From contig OX597816.1 of the NCBI GenBank assembly GCA_951406725.2, positions 116,746,001 through 116,810,000 of the forward strand: 64,000 bases of DNA, given 5' to 3'. Below are positions 1 through 13,951 of this stretch, in pieces (within the stretch, counting starts at the first letter, position 1; each line of letters starts with the position of its first letter). Source of the stretch: Octopus vulgaris (taxonomy: Eukaryota). The position numbers and the translations under genes were made by a program. The notes beneath the pieces were generated by a model, which was not told the DNA's origin, did not search any database, and was given only the letters and a program-made list of their open reading frames with translations.

Positions 1-432
1 CACTAGGCACGTGGATCAGAACCATATATGCACGACATGATGATCTCATATCAAGAAAAACAGCACATGACCTTGCAGGTGGAGCCCAGTTAGACTTTTC
101 TTCAGGTCGAGTAGCTCATCCCGCGCAAAAGATCCCCGAGTAACGCTTGTTTAAGGATGCCAAACGAAACACCTATGTTTCCAGAGGTGAATTATTCAAA
201 CCCAAAAGAATTCCTTTCAATAGATGGCTATGATGCTCCCTCATATCGTCAGCCACTAAGGGACATGCTCAAAGTGTTATGGTCAAGCAACTAACAAGCA
301 AATCTGTGGTATTGGGCAGAATATTTGCTGTAGCCCATCTTTTATACCAAAGCAAAACAATGTACATGATAACACTTCCAATCAATTCAGATCAAAAGCC
401 ACGAGAGCCACTGTCTGGTATTGCATCAGGAC
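1..432 (+). repeat. Probable retroelement 3' region (family unassigned) ending in an (ATT)n tail
   Basis: Complex, relatively GC-richer sequence runs directly into an (ATT)n tract, as at other retroelement ends in the window. No recognisable ORF. Confidence 0.3.
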
Positions 433-433
433 A

Positions 434-590
<157 letters not shown>

Positions 591-1337
591 GTATGTGTGT
601 GTGCGTTGCGTGTATGTGTGTGTGCGTGTATGTGTATACATATATATATGTGTGTGTATATATATATACGCACGTACACAACCTTATACATACATACGTG
701 TGTGTATCTGTGTGCGTGTGTGTTTGCGTATGCATACCCACATGGCATTGGTTTGTTCGTGGCTATAATAAAAGACATTCTTACCCAATGTGCCACAGAG
801 TGAAACCAAACCCTATATTAGTTGTTTGTGAAGTAAACTTCATAACCACGTAGCCGTTTCTGTATCGATATACTAGAAATAACCGTCAAATAGCAAATTA
901 CCGATGACTGTTTTAAAAATGGACGACAAATTGCATAAGGTCTACGAAGCTTAAGAAATTAAGCTGAAGCATATGGATGGAAAGCCTTTGATCATAGATC
1001 TGTTGGATCCTGGCTGGCCCGTCCCTAAAAACCAATATTTTTGTTTTCATCCAGGTACCGTGTTACTTTATGATCTATATCCCAGCGTTTCACAATCACA
1101 GTTTATTATGTTGCTTGCAATGATAATGCTCTTACTTCCATCTACCTGCTCTGCGACTTCTCTAACTCATATAAGAAAGAAAATTAGCAAAGTTCTAATT
1201 ATAGTTATATTTTGTTTTATTCCAATCAGTTACAATAACTTTTAATACTGAAACTTTTGACAAATAGAATGTTGACGATAATTCCCACCAACACAAGTAT
1301 AACTCTTAGAACTGAAGAACTGTAATTTACCTCATGT

Positions 1338-1685
<348 letters not shown>

Positions 1686-2576
1686 GGATCTTTGTAGTCT
1701 TTGTCATTGTCTCCAATTTTGTTCCATTTATTTTAAAATTTGGTATATGGATTAAGTTGTGTATACTAATTATAAAAATACAATTCGTTTTTCCTATAAA
1801 TCCATAATTAAAAAGTTATTAACCTTTAAAATTTGTAAAATTTGGGTATTTCAGCCTATCAGAAGCGAGTATTTTACACATCACCGTGGTGAAGAACTCT
1901 GTTTCCATTGTAATCAAGGTAAAGAAGCACCGCGTGTTCCATAGCTGATTGCGGAAAACTCTGTTTCCATTGTAACCAAAGATGCTGCACATACACAAAG
2001 GTGTGTAACCACCATGTGATCTATAATTGTTTGTTTACATAACAGATGGGACACATACTCAACAAATTGAAAGTATCTGGGCATCTTTAAAGCGTGGAAA
2101 CAAACGCCGATGTGGAATTCACCGTTCCATGATTGACTCATCTTTGTGAATTTATGTGGAGAAAGAAATATGAGAAAGGTAATTTATTTTATAAAATCCT
2201 AGAGTGTACTGCAAACTTTCGTTCTTGGATGTTTTTAACAAATAAATGTCTGTTATAAGCAATGTTTTGACTGTTATTTCTAGCAACTCCTGTTGGTTTG
2301 CTCGTAGCTTTTAAATATTCAATTTGCTCGCAAATGTTTTAATGTTTTTCACTGCTTACTGTAGCTGATGATGGAAGAGGCAGCGAACGTGCTGTTTTCT
2401 GATTGGCTGAAAATTCTGAAAATTATCAAACTTTGAACACCTGTAACATTTTTGCAAATTTTTTCCAGAATAAATTAATAACAAATTCAGATTCGGCGTC
2501 AAAAATTACATCTATATGATATATTAAAATTTTTTTTTAAGATTTTGACACGCAGTGACGAAAACCACAATGATCC
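1686..2576 (+). mobile_element. Merlin (IS1595/IS1016-related) DNA transposon, internally deleted
   Basis: 24-bp TIRs starting with GG (ggatctttgtagtctttgtcattg vs ggatcattgtggttttcgtcactg, 19/24). 8-bp TSD agaaacag (1678-1685)/agaaacgg (2577-2584). Transposase C-terminal remnant HTQQIESIWASLKRGNKRRCGIHRSMIDS..CEFMWRKKY at ~2050-2170. Confidence 0.85.
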
Positions 2577-2644
2577 AGAAACGGTGATAGAAAAAATTGT
2601 ATGTGGATTAAAGGTTCAGCATAAGGAAATGTGTGGGGTGGGGT

Positions 2645-2934
2645 CAGTGACTTTTGCCGAACCACTAAGTTACGGGGGCGTAAACACACAAACATCGGTG
2701 TTAATCGATGATGGGGGACAAACACAAACATATACACAAACACCACACTTATACATACATATGTGTGTGTGTATGTGACAGGCTTCTTTCAGTTTCCGAC
2801 TACGAAATCCACTCACAAAGCTTAGGTTGGTCCGAGGCTATAATAGAAGACACTTGCTCAAGGTGCCACGCAGTGGGACTGAACTCGGAACCATGTGATT
2901 GGGAAGGAAGCTTTTTACCACACAGCCACTCCTA
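2645..2934 (-). mobile_element. tRNA-derived SINE family A, partial
   Basis: Matches the 38619-39030 copy (head gtggctgtgtggtaa...gttcagtccc, internal TA/TG tract). Confidence 0.85.
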
Positions 2935-3709
2935 TAGTGTAAACATTCGAACATCGTCCCTATCTGTTCAAATCTTGCTGTATTTCAAATGGCATTTTTG
3001 GTCCTCCAAAGTCGACCTAACTTTGTTGGCAGTAAGTTTTGGCCTGATAAATTCGACTTGTTCGTCAGAAAATACGGTACATATTTGTGCATATGAGATT
3101 ACTTTTAGCAGGTATTATATCTATCATTTCGACAGTGTAAACTGTACTCTGTTACTTACATGCGACACTATTTAAGATTCACATTAAACTCTATTATAAC
3201 TTACGTTAAAAAGAAAATTAACAAAAATATAACGTGGGTTATATTTTGTTTGCGCCAATCAGTTATGATTTTTGAATATTGGAACTTTTGATAAACAGAA
3301 TGTTGACGATAATTCATGCAAATATAAGTATAAAACATAACGACTGTTTTTTTCTTTTTTCGATTTTGTTTGTGTTACACTCTTTCACACTTCTTAAATC
3401 TTTAAAACTGTCTTAAACCTCAATATCCCTTATCAATATTAATATACCATTTAATCTTTCAAGTATTCTAGGTTATATGTTTTTAAGCGAAAATATAACA
3501 AAATAAAGAGAACAAAATATAATATAAATAAGGAAATAAAAATAAGCAATTCGGATTATCTGCTTTTAATACATTCTTCTAATATTAATGAAAAAATATA
3601 TATTACTCCAATCATAAAAATGTTTCGTATGCGACTGGTATGTGAGTGCACATGTATGCATGAATGTCTATATATGTGGTGTGTGTGTGTGTATATGTGT
3701 CTGTGTATG

Positions 3710-3753
<44 letters not shown>

Positions 3754-4239
3754 ATTTTTACGTATTCAAATATGTAGAAATCTATGAATCTGCATGTGCG
3801 TGCACATGTGTGTGCTCGTATCTGTATGTATGTGAATAGATCAATATCTATTTCAAAGCAAGCAACATAGTAGTCACCTCATAATTTTTCCGGATAGGAA
3901 GTTATCTAAATGCCAAACACGTTTTAATTAAAACTTCATGAGAAAAAAAAGAAATTTTTTTTCAACGGAAATGTTTAAAACATCCAAATTTTGAAATAAT
4001 TTTTTTCGTCTTCTTCCTTTTAGGTTGGCAAAGAAATAGACAAGTATAAAACTATCAAAGGAAGTTTTTTTGCTCCATAGAGATTGTTTTTTTGTTTTTT
4101 ATAGGAATACCCATGGATCACAATTTTAAAAAATAGTTTTGACGGGAACGGAAACGTCATTTTTTTCTGTAAAATGTCTAAAAATTTAAGTAGATTATTT
4201 TAAGCTGAAATTCAAATGTTTGTTTCTTTTGAAAAAAAT

Positions 4240-4294
4240 CTCTCTATCTCTCTTACTCTCTCTCTTTGTCTCTTTCTCTCTGTTTCTCTCTCTC

Positions 4295-4372
<78 letters not shown>
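4240..4372. repeat. (CT)n microsatellite
   Basis: Directly visible. Confidence 0.95.
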
Positions 4373-4376
<4 letters not shown>

Positions 4377-5150
4377 CTTCCAGACCTCCCAACAAATTAA
4401 TTTCTTACATGAAGAAAAAGAAAAAAATCGTTCTCTGTCTCGATTGCATGATTCAAATAAGTTTAGCAGTGTGAGAGAAGTGAAAAAAATTGTTAAAAAT
4501 ACTGAGAATTCAGAATAAGCTAAAAGCTTGTAAGCATTATGCTTTATTTACTGATAAATTAATTTTAAACACAGAACAATAAAATGTATATACACATATA
4601 CATATATACAAACATACATACATATATACTCACTTGCACACACAAGCACACATACAAAACATACATACATGCGAGCACACACACACGCACATGCACACAC
4701 GCACACGCGCGCGCGCGCACACACACACACATACATGAAATAATTATCTGGAGTAAAAAATACCGAATTTATTTTTTCCTTCATATTTTGGTAACCTTTC
4801 TTCTTCATTCCTTTTCTTTTTGTAAAATCAAAATACAATGGAAGAAAATCCAAGTTTAGAAAAAATATGGATTTATAATCGTTTTTTTAAAGTTTGGGTA
4901 AAGAATGAGGTATAGAAAAATATAAGTTGTACTAACTTTTTTTTGTACTTTTTTCTGCTTGCCTTTAAAAATGAAAGCCAGCTTCTTTTTCTGATAAAAT
5001 AGTAAATGGTAAAATATTTAAAAAGAACGAAGCATAAATTATAGATATTATTTTGATTATCCTATATAAGAATTTTATATATTCCTTGTTTTTTGGTAGA
5101 GGTTATTTTTCATACATATATAGAGCGAGAGAGGGACATACATACTTAAC

Positions 5151-5151
<1 letters not shown>

Positions 5152-5221
<70 letters not shown>
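5152..5221. repeat. (AGAT)n microsatellite
   Basis: Directly visible. Confidence 0.95.
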
Positions 5222-5895
5222 CATACATATGCCCCACATCGAAAGAAAAATAGATTCTTTAATATCATAAATGCTTCGAAAACATAGGGTGCCAATCTGA
5301 GAATAGAAAAGTTTTTTCTCAACTCTTTATGGCAATTCAGATTCTCTTGACACAGATTTATATGTAAACATAAAAACTTCATTTTCTGAAAACTCAAATG
5401 TTATTTCTTTCATAGTATCAACAACGAATTGTTTAGTTTAACAAGGAAAATATATAATTCACCCGTAAATATGTTTCTTAACCATTTCGTAACTACGTTT
5501 CTTATAAAATAGCATTATGGGCTTCAATTAATTTTGAAAATAATCAAGAACTTCGAGAAAGCTTTTAAAATTATTGTTTTTTGTTTTTTCATTATTTAGC
5601 TTAGTTTTTGAGATATAACATAAATTGTTTTACATAAAATTAGGATGGAATATTTTAAATTTAGAAATGGAAGTTTTATACCAGACAAGTTTTCTCTTAA
5701 AGAATTCAAAATGGATCGCGTCAATAAATTCAAAGTTATTTTTTTAAATTCACTTATGACAACATTGCTGATTTACATGTTCACCTGAATGTTGATGCTG
5801 TTACTGTTGTTGTTAAGCCCCAGGTTTGCCTTGTCTGAGCAGATCTACAAATGAATTTCATCTCTAACCATTTCATCTGAATTTTTTCTTCAGAC

Positions 5896-6355
5896 AGGCG
5901 TAGAAATAGTAGTTAAGTAGTTCACTTTTTAACCAGCTAGTATCGAGTTCAGTCCTACTGCGTAGCGTCTTGAAGAAGTGTCTTCTGCCACACTTCAAGC
6001 TGACCAATGCCTTGTCAATAAATTTGTGGGACCAAAACTGTTTGGAAGTTCCCCCCTCTCTCTCTCTCTCTTTCTTTCTTTCTATTTATATATATTTATA
6101 TAGAGACGACGGACTTCTATACACACACATATATACATATGTTCATGTGTCTTTGTGTTTTCTCTCACATACACGCACGAGCAGTTTGACAACCGGTGTT
6201 TGTTTATAGCCTCGTAACTTAGCAGTTCGGCAAAAAAGCCAACTTCAAAAAGTAAGTATCGGAGAGAGTCGATGTGATCGACTAAACCCTTCAGGGCGGT
6301 TCCCTTGCAAAACCGCAACCTAACGACTGAAATAAGTTAAAGAATAAGAGCAAAG
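5896..6355 (+). mobile_element. SINE family A, diverged full-length copy
   Basis: B-box-like gagttcagtcc, body matching 38619-39030, tail gactgaaataagttaaagaataa. Confidence 0.8.
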
Positions 6356-7279
6356 AATATAATGTATACAATGCTGAATTATTTTCTGTCCTTTTTTTTT
6401 GTATTAATATGGTAGACTTTGATCAGAGGAAAATTTAACTACTATATCTAGAGGTTATGTGACTGCATAGAGACGCCTTTTTTGGTATGTTTACATCAAT
6501 GTGTTTCAATTGCATATCATCATCAATATAACCATCATCTTCATCGTCATCGTGTTTTAACGTCCATCTTCCATGTTCGAATTGAACGTTTTGTCAGGAT
6601 CCGGTACGTCCGAAGACTACATCATGTCCCAATGTTTACTTTGGTATCGTTCCTTCGGCTACATGTCCTTCCTAACGCCAACTATTTTACGGAGTATACT
6701 GAGAGCTTTTTTTCTTTTGTGGCATCAGCGCTGGTAAAATCACCATGTTGTTTGCAAGACTAAGATCTCCTTCGACTGAGTGGGATACAATAGAAATGGA
6801 TACAGTGAGAGAGAAGGGGGGGGCTGAGTAGAACAAGGGTGAATAAGTTGTATATATATAGAATATGTGTAACAGATTGAGTTTTTGTTTTTTTTTTTGT
6901 TTTGTCTTTAAGAAAATAGATGAATAATAGTGAGAAGTGTATATACATGGCACATAAATGGAAATTATTTTCTTGATGTAAAGAGAGTATTGCATCGTTT
7001 GAGTAAAACATGCTCGATGCAGATTGATATCAGAAGGGCATTACATGCTTGGAAGGAGATGAACATAGAACGCAACAAGTACCAGGTCGCACTTTGTAGA
7101 ATGTAGATGATGATGACGATAGTAGTGGTGGTGATGCGTGGCTAGGTTAACTAAAGTTCAAAAATGGTTATTTACTCTATGCGTGTATGTGTGTGCATTT
7201 TATATATATAGATATAGATACATAGACAGATAGATAGATAGATATACCTATACATATATACATATATATATGCGCATGT

Positions 7280-7411
<132 letters not shown>

Positions 7412-7537
7412 CATATAGTGACTAAACAAACTCAATCTCAGCAGTAATTGCTGTGACGTTCTGTCTATGTAAATTAATAAGAATATTGTATCTTAAATAT
7501 ATTACATAAATAATACAGAATATTTATCATTAGTTAC

Positions 7538-7592
7538 CTCACAGGACATCCAAACATTTCGTTCGTCATTCACTTCCTCAGCCGCAGTTAAA
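7538..7592 (-). CDS. Candidate internal exon (V)LTAAEEVNDERNVWMSCE
   Basis: Acceptor ctacttttag, donor gag|gtaact. Open in phase 2 to 0, compatible with the 8518-8699 exon. Alternative exon chains are possible. Confidence 0.2.
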
Positions 7593-8471
7593 CTAAAAGT
7601 AGTTACTCATTTATCCGCCTGCACAAAATATATATATTAGCTGTTGACATCAGTTGTATTCGTATATAAAACAGCCAGGAACAGACATAGGATACCGAAA
7701 TCTGTATGTTGTACAAACAAAGCTGTTAGATGAAAGTGAGGTCCACTTAATTTAAAATTAAGGGCCCAGTAAGAGGGCCCAGTGATTCTTGGAAAGCCGA
7801 AGTACGTGTTGGTTGATCACTGATCCTTAGCTATAGAAAATTCTGGGACCTGATTACAGTCTATTTTAATAATAAGACTAATCATAAGTTTATTAAACAT
7901 ATTACATTTGATTTTATATACGCATACACATACACACGTGCTCGTGTGCGTGTATGTGCGTGTATTTGTAGGCATAGTTCGAAAATTACAACATAAAATA
8001 AATAAATGCATAAAAAAATAGATAAATACATAAACAAATGAATGCTTCCTCACAGATGTAGCTTGATCTGAGTGGCAAAAGTAGCATGATGCTGAAGACA
8101 CATATTTGTATATATGCATGTGTATGTATACGCATATATTTGTGTATGCATGTGTTTTTTTTTTTACACGTACATAGGTGTTCGTGACAATCAAGAGTAG
8201 ACACTTGCATGTGATCATTCATCAGTATTTGTACATAGCGATTCTGTGCAGTGTGTTTTGTGTGTTTGTATTAACACCCCCTTTCTCCTTCACTCCTTTT
8301 AACCATGTGTAAATATGCACACAAAGCCATGTGTTTGTGTAAATATGTATGCACCTGTGTATCCACACAGATGCACACAGTGTCAAAACAACAATGCAAT
8401 ATAAGAAGAACACATGAAGATTAGCAAACAATTCACACATTTACTCCTGAGTGATATCACTTTCTTTCTCA

Positions 8472-8511
<40 letters not shown>

Positions 8512-8517
8512 ACTTAC

Positions 8518-8699
8518 ACTCCCCAGGGCATTATTGTCGCAGTCCAACAGAGGTAAGCCAAAGCAGCTTGCAGACCTGTGTTAATGACGTACAAATGGAC
8601 TGAGTGCAGATCAACAACACAAGACTTCAAAGAGATGTAATGACTGCATTGCTCTGAGGCAACCATAAGCAAGCAGATATTACTGATCACACAGAGAAA
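8518..8699 (-). CDS. Candidate internal exon of an unidentified membrane protein: FLCVISNICLLMVASEQCSHYISLKSCVVDLHSVHLYVINTGLQAALAYLCWTATIMPWG
   Basis: Polypyrimidine acceptor ctttccttctttcgtttattatAG and consensus donor GTAAGT. 182 nt, open in one frame only (phase 0 to 2). Complex sequence between microsatellites, with two hydrophobic segments. Confidence 0.45.
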
Positions 8700-8743
8700 C
8701 TATAATAAACGAAAGAAGGAAAGATAATAATAATAATAATAAC

Positions 8744-8800
<57 letters not shown>

Positions 8801-9059
8801 TATTCTTTTCTTCTCCCCGTTTTTTTTTTAGCAAATATAACTCTAAGTAGAAAGAAAGAAAGAAAAAAAGAAAGGAAGGAAATAGAAGGAAAAGGGGGGA
8901 AAAAAGTAAATATTTCTTTGAGAATCATATTGGGACAAAACTAAGAGCCTATGGATTAATAAATGTCTTGAAGTTAATCTTAACAGTTTTAAATGATTGT
9001 AAATTGAAGGAAGTTGCTAGTGACATAGCAGCTTCGGTGTTAATGAGATATTATGATGA

Positions 9060-9262
9060 GTGATATTGTTGGTAGAATGGGTAAAGCGTCGGACAGAATT
9101 ACTTTCCGTTATTTAATTATGATCCTTTACATTCCGAGTTCAAATCACATCGAAGTTAACTTTTACATTTCATCCTTTCGGGGTCAGTAAAATAATGTAC
9201 AAATCAAATATTGGGGCCGAGTTAATCGAGTGACCCTTCTTCCTAATTTTCTAAACTTAAAA
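9060..9262 (+). mobile_element. SINE family B, diverged
   Basis: B-box gagttcaaatc and conserved tttcatcctttcggggtc core. Confidence 0.75.
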
Positions 9263-9276
9263 ATTATTTTAAAGAC

Positions 9277-11640
9277 TTTGCTAATTCAGTTTTTGTCCAA
9301 TCTACAAAAGCTGCTGGGTATCAAAGAAATGATACTGCCCAAGTATTTACAGTATTCACTAGGTTCGGATCATTTAGCTTTGACTTCATTGGCTTCCTCG
9401 CCCTTTTGATGTACTCCTCAATTTTCGTTTTCATTTCTATAGTTAGTACCCTGTCAGATTCTAATACATCTAGGTACTTATAACTCTTTCCTCCTTTCAA
9501 CGATTTTAATGTCTAGCCATTTGGTAACTGGATGCCTTCGCAGTTGACTACTTGTCCCCTTCTCATGACTAATATTGCACACTTATCTATGCCAAATTCC
9601 ATGCCTATATCTTTGCTGAAGTGTCTTACAGTCTATATTAAGCAATCTATCGCTATTTTCATTCCTACAAAAAAGTTTCAGATCATCCATGTAGGGCAAA
9701 TGGTTAATTTTTTCCCTTACTATTTCTGAATTGATTCTCTGCCTTTGCCTTCTTTAAAATTAAACTGAGGAGTATCAAACATAAGACAAATGTTAAAGGG
9801 GACAACGAGTCTCCCTGGAAAATTCCTCTTTTGATATTAACTTTCCTTAAGTGTGTCACCTGAGTAGAGATCTACTTACCACTTCTTCATGCTAAAGCTA
9901 ATTAATTCTCTTATGTTGTCTGCTATACTGAATGTACTCAGACATTCACTAATCCATGAGTGCGGGATCATGTCATAAGCTTTCCTATAATTTATCCATG
10001 CTATTTGATTTTTTCTTTCAAACTTTTAGATTTTTCTTTCTTTCATTTAGAACTGCTTTGTCTATGTATAATAGATCGTGCATTCCTTTAACCTTCTTCT
10101 TACAACCTTTGTTCTTCTGACAGTAAATTCTGATTGTCAAAGTGCTCGTAAATGCTTTCTGAAAGCATTCCTGTTAACAGCTTCCACACTAATGGTAAGC
10201 AAGTGATTGGTCTATAGTTGCTAGCTGTATTACCCTTGCTTTTATCTTTCATAAGGTGTATTGCCCTCCCTCTTGTCATCCAATCTGATATTATTCTTCC
10301 ATTAAGACAATCCTCAATTGATTCCCCCAGCCTTTCAAGTGAACTTCTGAATTTCTTCACCCAGTACCCTTGAACGAAATCTAGTCTTGGGCCCTTCTAA
10401 TTCGGCATTTTCCTAACATTTTATTCATTAATGCACTAGTTAATCTTAAATCTGGCTGCTTCTCACTCACTACTTCTTCCCTCACTTTCTTTAACTATAC
10501 TGCATCTCCTTTATGATTGACTGGCTTATCCCAAATATTACTCCTGAACTTTCTAGCTCCTTCTGCATTAGATTTTTCATCTTCAGTACTTCGTTCGCCA
10601 CTATTTATTTGGTTATGAAATCTCCTCTGGTCTGTCTCAAATAATCTATTCTGTTGATACCGTTCTATTCTTTTCTGATATCTGGAGAGCTTACCTGTTA
10701 CTGCTATGATACGCTGTTTCGACTCATTAAAACTGTCCCAAATCCTTTCTCTTTAACTAAGTATCTTTTCTGAAGGGAAGATTTGCATCTTGTGTTTCCT
10801 AACTTTTCCAGGCTTCTATGCTACTTAGATCTTGTCTTAGAGTCTTCATTTTATTTTGTAGTTTCCTTTTCCACATTTGCTCTTTTTTTAATCTTTTCCT
10901 GTGAGATATCTAATCTTCTGGTGAGTACTGCCCCTCCTGCATAGATCAATAAGTAGTGTCTTCGATATTTTTAGTATCTATCCATCTGATAACAGACTTT
11001 CCTAGTCATTCCTAGCAGCTTCCTTCTCTTGGTGCCTTTTAATGCTCGCAGTCTTTTTCTTGCGTCTTTACTCATTACTACCTGCAACTCAGCTAAAATC
11101 TTCTGATCTTCCTCACTTATATCCCTTAAGTCATTGGTGTCAGTTGACCCTTCCTTATTGGTAGCGCTATTATTATTTTTTCCTTTAGGTTCTTCTTTGG
11201 TTTGGGCTGTCTCTCATATGCTGTTGTCTTTCCTACTGCCTGTCTTTCTTTTCCAGTTCTCTTCTACCTCCAATTCTGTCATCTACTTCCTTCTCCTAAT
11301 GGCATTAGCTTAAGCTACTAATCTCAGCTCAGTCACTTTAAACATGCCCTTCCCTACCCAAAATGTTAACATCCGTTTTCTATAGCCCCTTTTTTTAGGT
11401 TCACTTTCTATGTAGCGTTGTATCACTATCCTATTTACTTCGCTGGTCCACTTCCTCCTTCTTACTCTATTATCTGTTGATGCTGTTTTATGATAACGAT
11501 TGTGGTCAGTTTGCATCTTAACTGAACCACTGACGAGCTAGAAGCCTTCCTTTAAATGTCCAGCTTCATTTTCTTTGTTACAATCAGAGTTTCCTCGGAA
11601 ACTCCTGTTTCTCACAAACTGAAGGTAACGTCGTCACCAA
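9277..11640 (-). mobile_element. R4/Dong-type (RLE clade) non-LTR retrotransposon, 5' part and RT, pseudogenised
   Basis: N-terminal KWTSEVNRIVIQRYIESEPKKRGYRKRM, RT motif NYRPITCLPLVWKLLTG, later YKYL and VNTWAV motifs. Many stops and frameshifts; 3' truncated. Confidence 0.9.
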
Positions 11641-11699
11641 CGTTATCACCACTCTATTTTTTCTACATCTGATAGTTTCAAGCAAATTTCTATTGCATT

Positions 11700-12025
11700 A
11701 TTTATTGCACCTTTGTGCTGGTGGAGTGGTGTGCGCTGCATTTTTTTGGTGGGGGCGGGGGGATACTGTATTGTATTAGCATGCTTTGTTATGGAGTTTG
11801 GTTTGAGTCCTCTGTTGTATTAATTTTTTTGTATTGTGCGTTGTTTGTGCAGCGCAGTTTGAGTTCTGTCGGGTATCAGCCTTCTATGACAAATATTGTG
11901 GGTTTTGTTTGGTATTTACATTATGAGTTTATTTCTGTGTTTTGGAGGGAGTGTTGCATAGTAGTGTATGTAAATCATAATCAACTATTTCATAGTATTT
12001 ATGGTTATCTGTCCACCTTTCTTTC
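11700..12025 (-). mobile_element. Highly decayed non-LTR retrotransposon 3' fragment
   Basis: Remnant PTIFVIEG-like motif resembling the RLE C-terminal PIIIGALG region; weak. Confidence 0.3.
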
Positions 12026-12035
12026 TCTGTTGTTG

Positions 12036-12131
<96 letters not shown>

Positions 12132-12137
12132 TGATAA

Positions 12138-12332
12138 GGGCGGCGAACTGACGAATTGTTTAGCGGTGTTTCACCCATCGCAACGTTCTGAGTTTAAATT
12201 CCGCCGAGGTCGACTTTGCCTTTCATCCTTTCCGGGTCGATAAATTAAGTACCGGTGAAACCCCGGGGTTGATGTAATCGACCATTCCCTCCTCCAAATT
12301 TCAGGCCTTGTGCCTTTAGTAGAAAGGGTTAT
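12138..12332 (+). mobile_element. SINE family B
   Basis: ggcggcgaactg head, gaggtcgactttgcctttcatcctttc core, agtagaaagg tail. Confidence 0.85.
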
Positions 12333-12612
12333 CATTATCGTTCAGTGGTCTTATTTTTACCATGTGCTTTCACTGCACTACCAAGCGCAGCTCTTTGTGC
12401 CTTGGGTATGTACTGTGGTTTGTTGCGGTGCTCTTATTTTCACTGTATTGTTATATACATTTGTAAGTCTTGGTGTTTTGGTTATGTATTTGTATGAATG
12501 TTTATTTTATGCCTAATGCACCTACTATAACAGGAATTGTTTGTTTTTAGGCTCCACATTCGAGTTACCTCTATTTATTATTATTATTGTTGTTTTTGTT
12601 GTTGTTACTATA

Positions 12613-12835
12613 AGTGCGACAAGCTGGGAACATCGTTAAAATGCTGGATGAAATGCGTAGCGTTATTTCACCCGTCGTTACGTTCTGAGTCCAAATTCTG
12701 TCGTGTTGACTTTGCTTTTCATCCTTTCGATGTCGATAAAATAAGTACCAAGTGAGTACTGGGATCAATGAAATCGACTACTCAACCACCCACCCACCCA
12801 AAAGTTCAGGCCTTGTGCTTATATTAGAAAGGATT
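12613..12835 (+). mobile_element. SINE family B
   Basis: Same core and tail as the other B copies. Confidence 0.8.
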
Positions 12836-12983
<148 letters not shown>

Positions 12984-12984
12984 T

Positions 12985-13745
12985 CATTATATGTTTGGAT
13001 TTTGCTTTGTATTCCTACAAGTTGACTCCATGTCTCATCCAGGGACCTCAAGTGACAACAAATTAGAAGTTCAAGCTGGTGTTCTAACCAGAGTGCCATA
13101 TATTTGGTCTTGCACAGAGAATGTCTGTCAAAGCATAAATAAATTAGAAATTTGTTTTAAATGTAATTTGATTGTAAGATGTCAGTCTGATGTTAAGATA
13201 ACTGTAAAAGGTAGTATTTGCTGTTATGTACATTTGAAATTATTTTGACACTGTTTACAGATAAAAATATTAGGTGATTACATAGACAATATTTTACGTA
13301 GGATATGAGCAGTTCCCATGAGGAGGCATGATTTTTGTCTGAAATCCGTCAATATATTGTCTGGTCTATTTGCATCTATCTTTCAGTTTGAACGGGAAAG
13401 TTCCAAAGGAGTGAGATGTAGTCATTTTCAAGCACTGGCGGTGGTTTGTGTTCCCACCGGTTTTTATCATGGGGCAGATCCAAGTCTTTGCAAATTACCC
13501 AGTGGTTATACTGTATTGCTCTATCATGCCTGTTGAGATAGATGCAAGAAGGTGTAGGTGCAAGAAGACTGTATACGGAGACAACATGATCGATGGTTTC
13601 ATTTTGTTATTTACAGACACATGCTGGGCTACTGCTGTTCTTTAAGATGTTGGCCTGGTATCTTCTTGTAGGTAGGTATTGATCTTGGGCTGCGATCTTC
13701 TTTCAATTCTATTTCCATTTCTTGCCGAATGTCTTCCTGACACCT
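12985..13745 (-). mobile_element. R4/Dong-type retrotransposon 3' fragment (RLE domain plus 3' UTR)
   Basis: Remnants HDRAIQYNHWVICKDL, ENDYISLLWNFPVQT, RPD and terminal GTAHILRKILSM*. Confidence 0.8.
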
Positions 13746-13884
13746 AGAGCAGAGAAACGTACTGTATACATTGGTAAGCCGTAAAAACAAGCACACCAGA
13801 GTTATGTGATAGAGCAAAAGGAGGAAGACAGAGAAATAGGAAAAATAAAAAATAGAAAAGTAAACAAATAACATAAAGGGGAAC

Positions 13885-13951
<67 letters not shown>

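Noticed and set aside
973-1245. 90-aa hydrophobic ORF or terminal exon after an acceptor at ~1054
   Set aside because: The 5' part lies in a dispersed repeat, several frames are equally plausible, and no homology is recognisable.
6965-7141. Hydrophobic minus-strand terminal exon (PRITTTTIVIIIYILQ...RK*), in phase with 7538-7592
   Set aside because: The acceptor is weak, and the plus strand resembles a LINE C-terminus (AWKEMNIERNKY..ALC) followed by a (GAT)n tail, which explains the composition.
8527-8552. Plus-strand 26-nt exon (ccccAG...ag|GTAAGC)
   Set aside because: It overlaps the better-supported minus exon, is not frame-preserving, and its pyrimidine tract is a (CT)n microsatellite.
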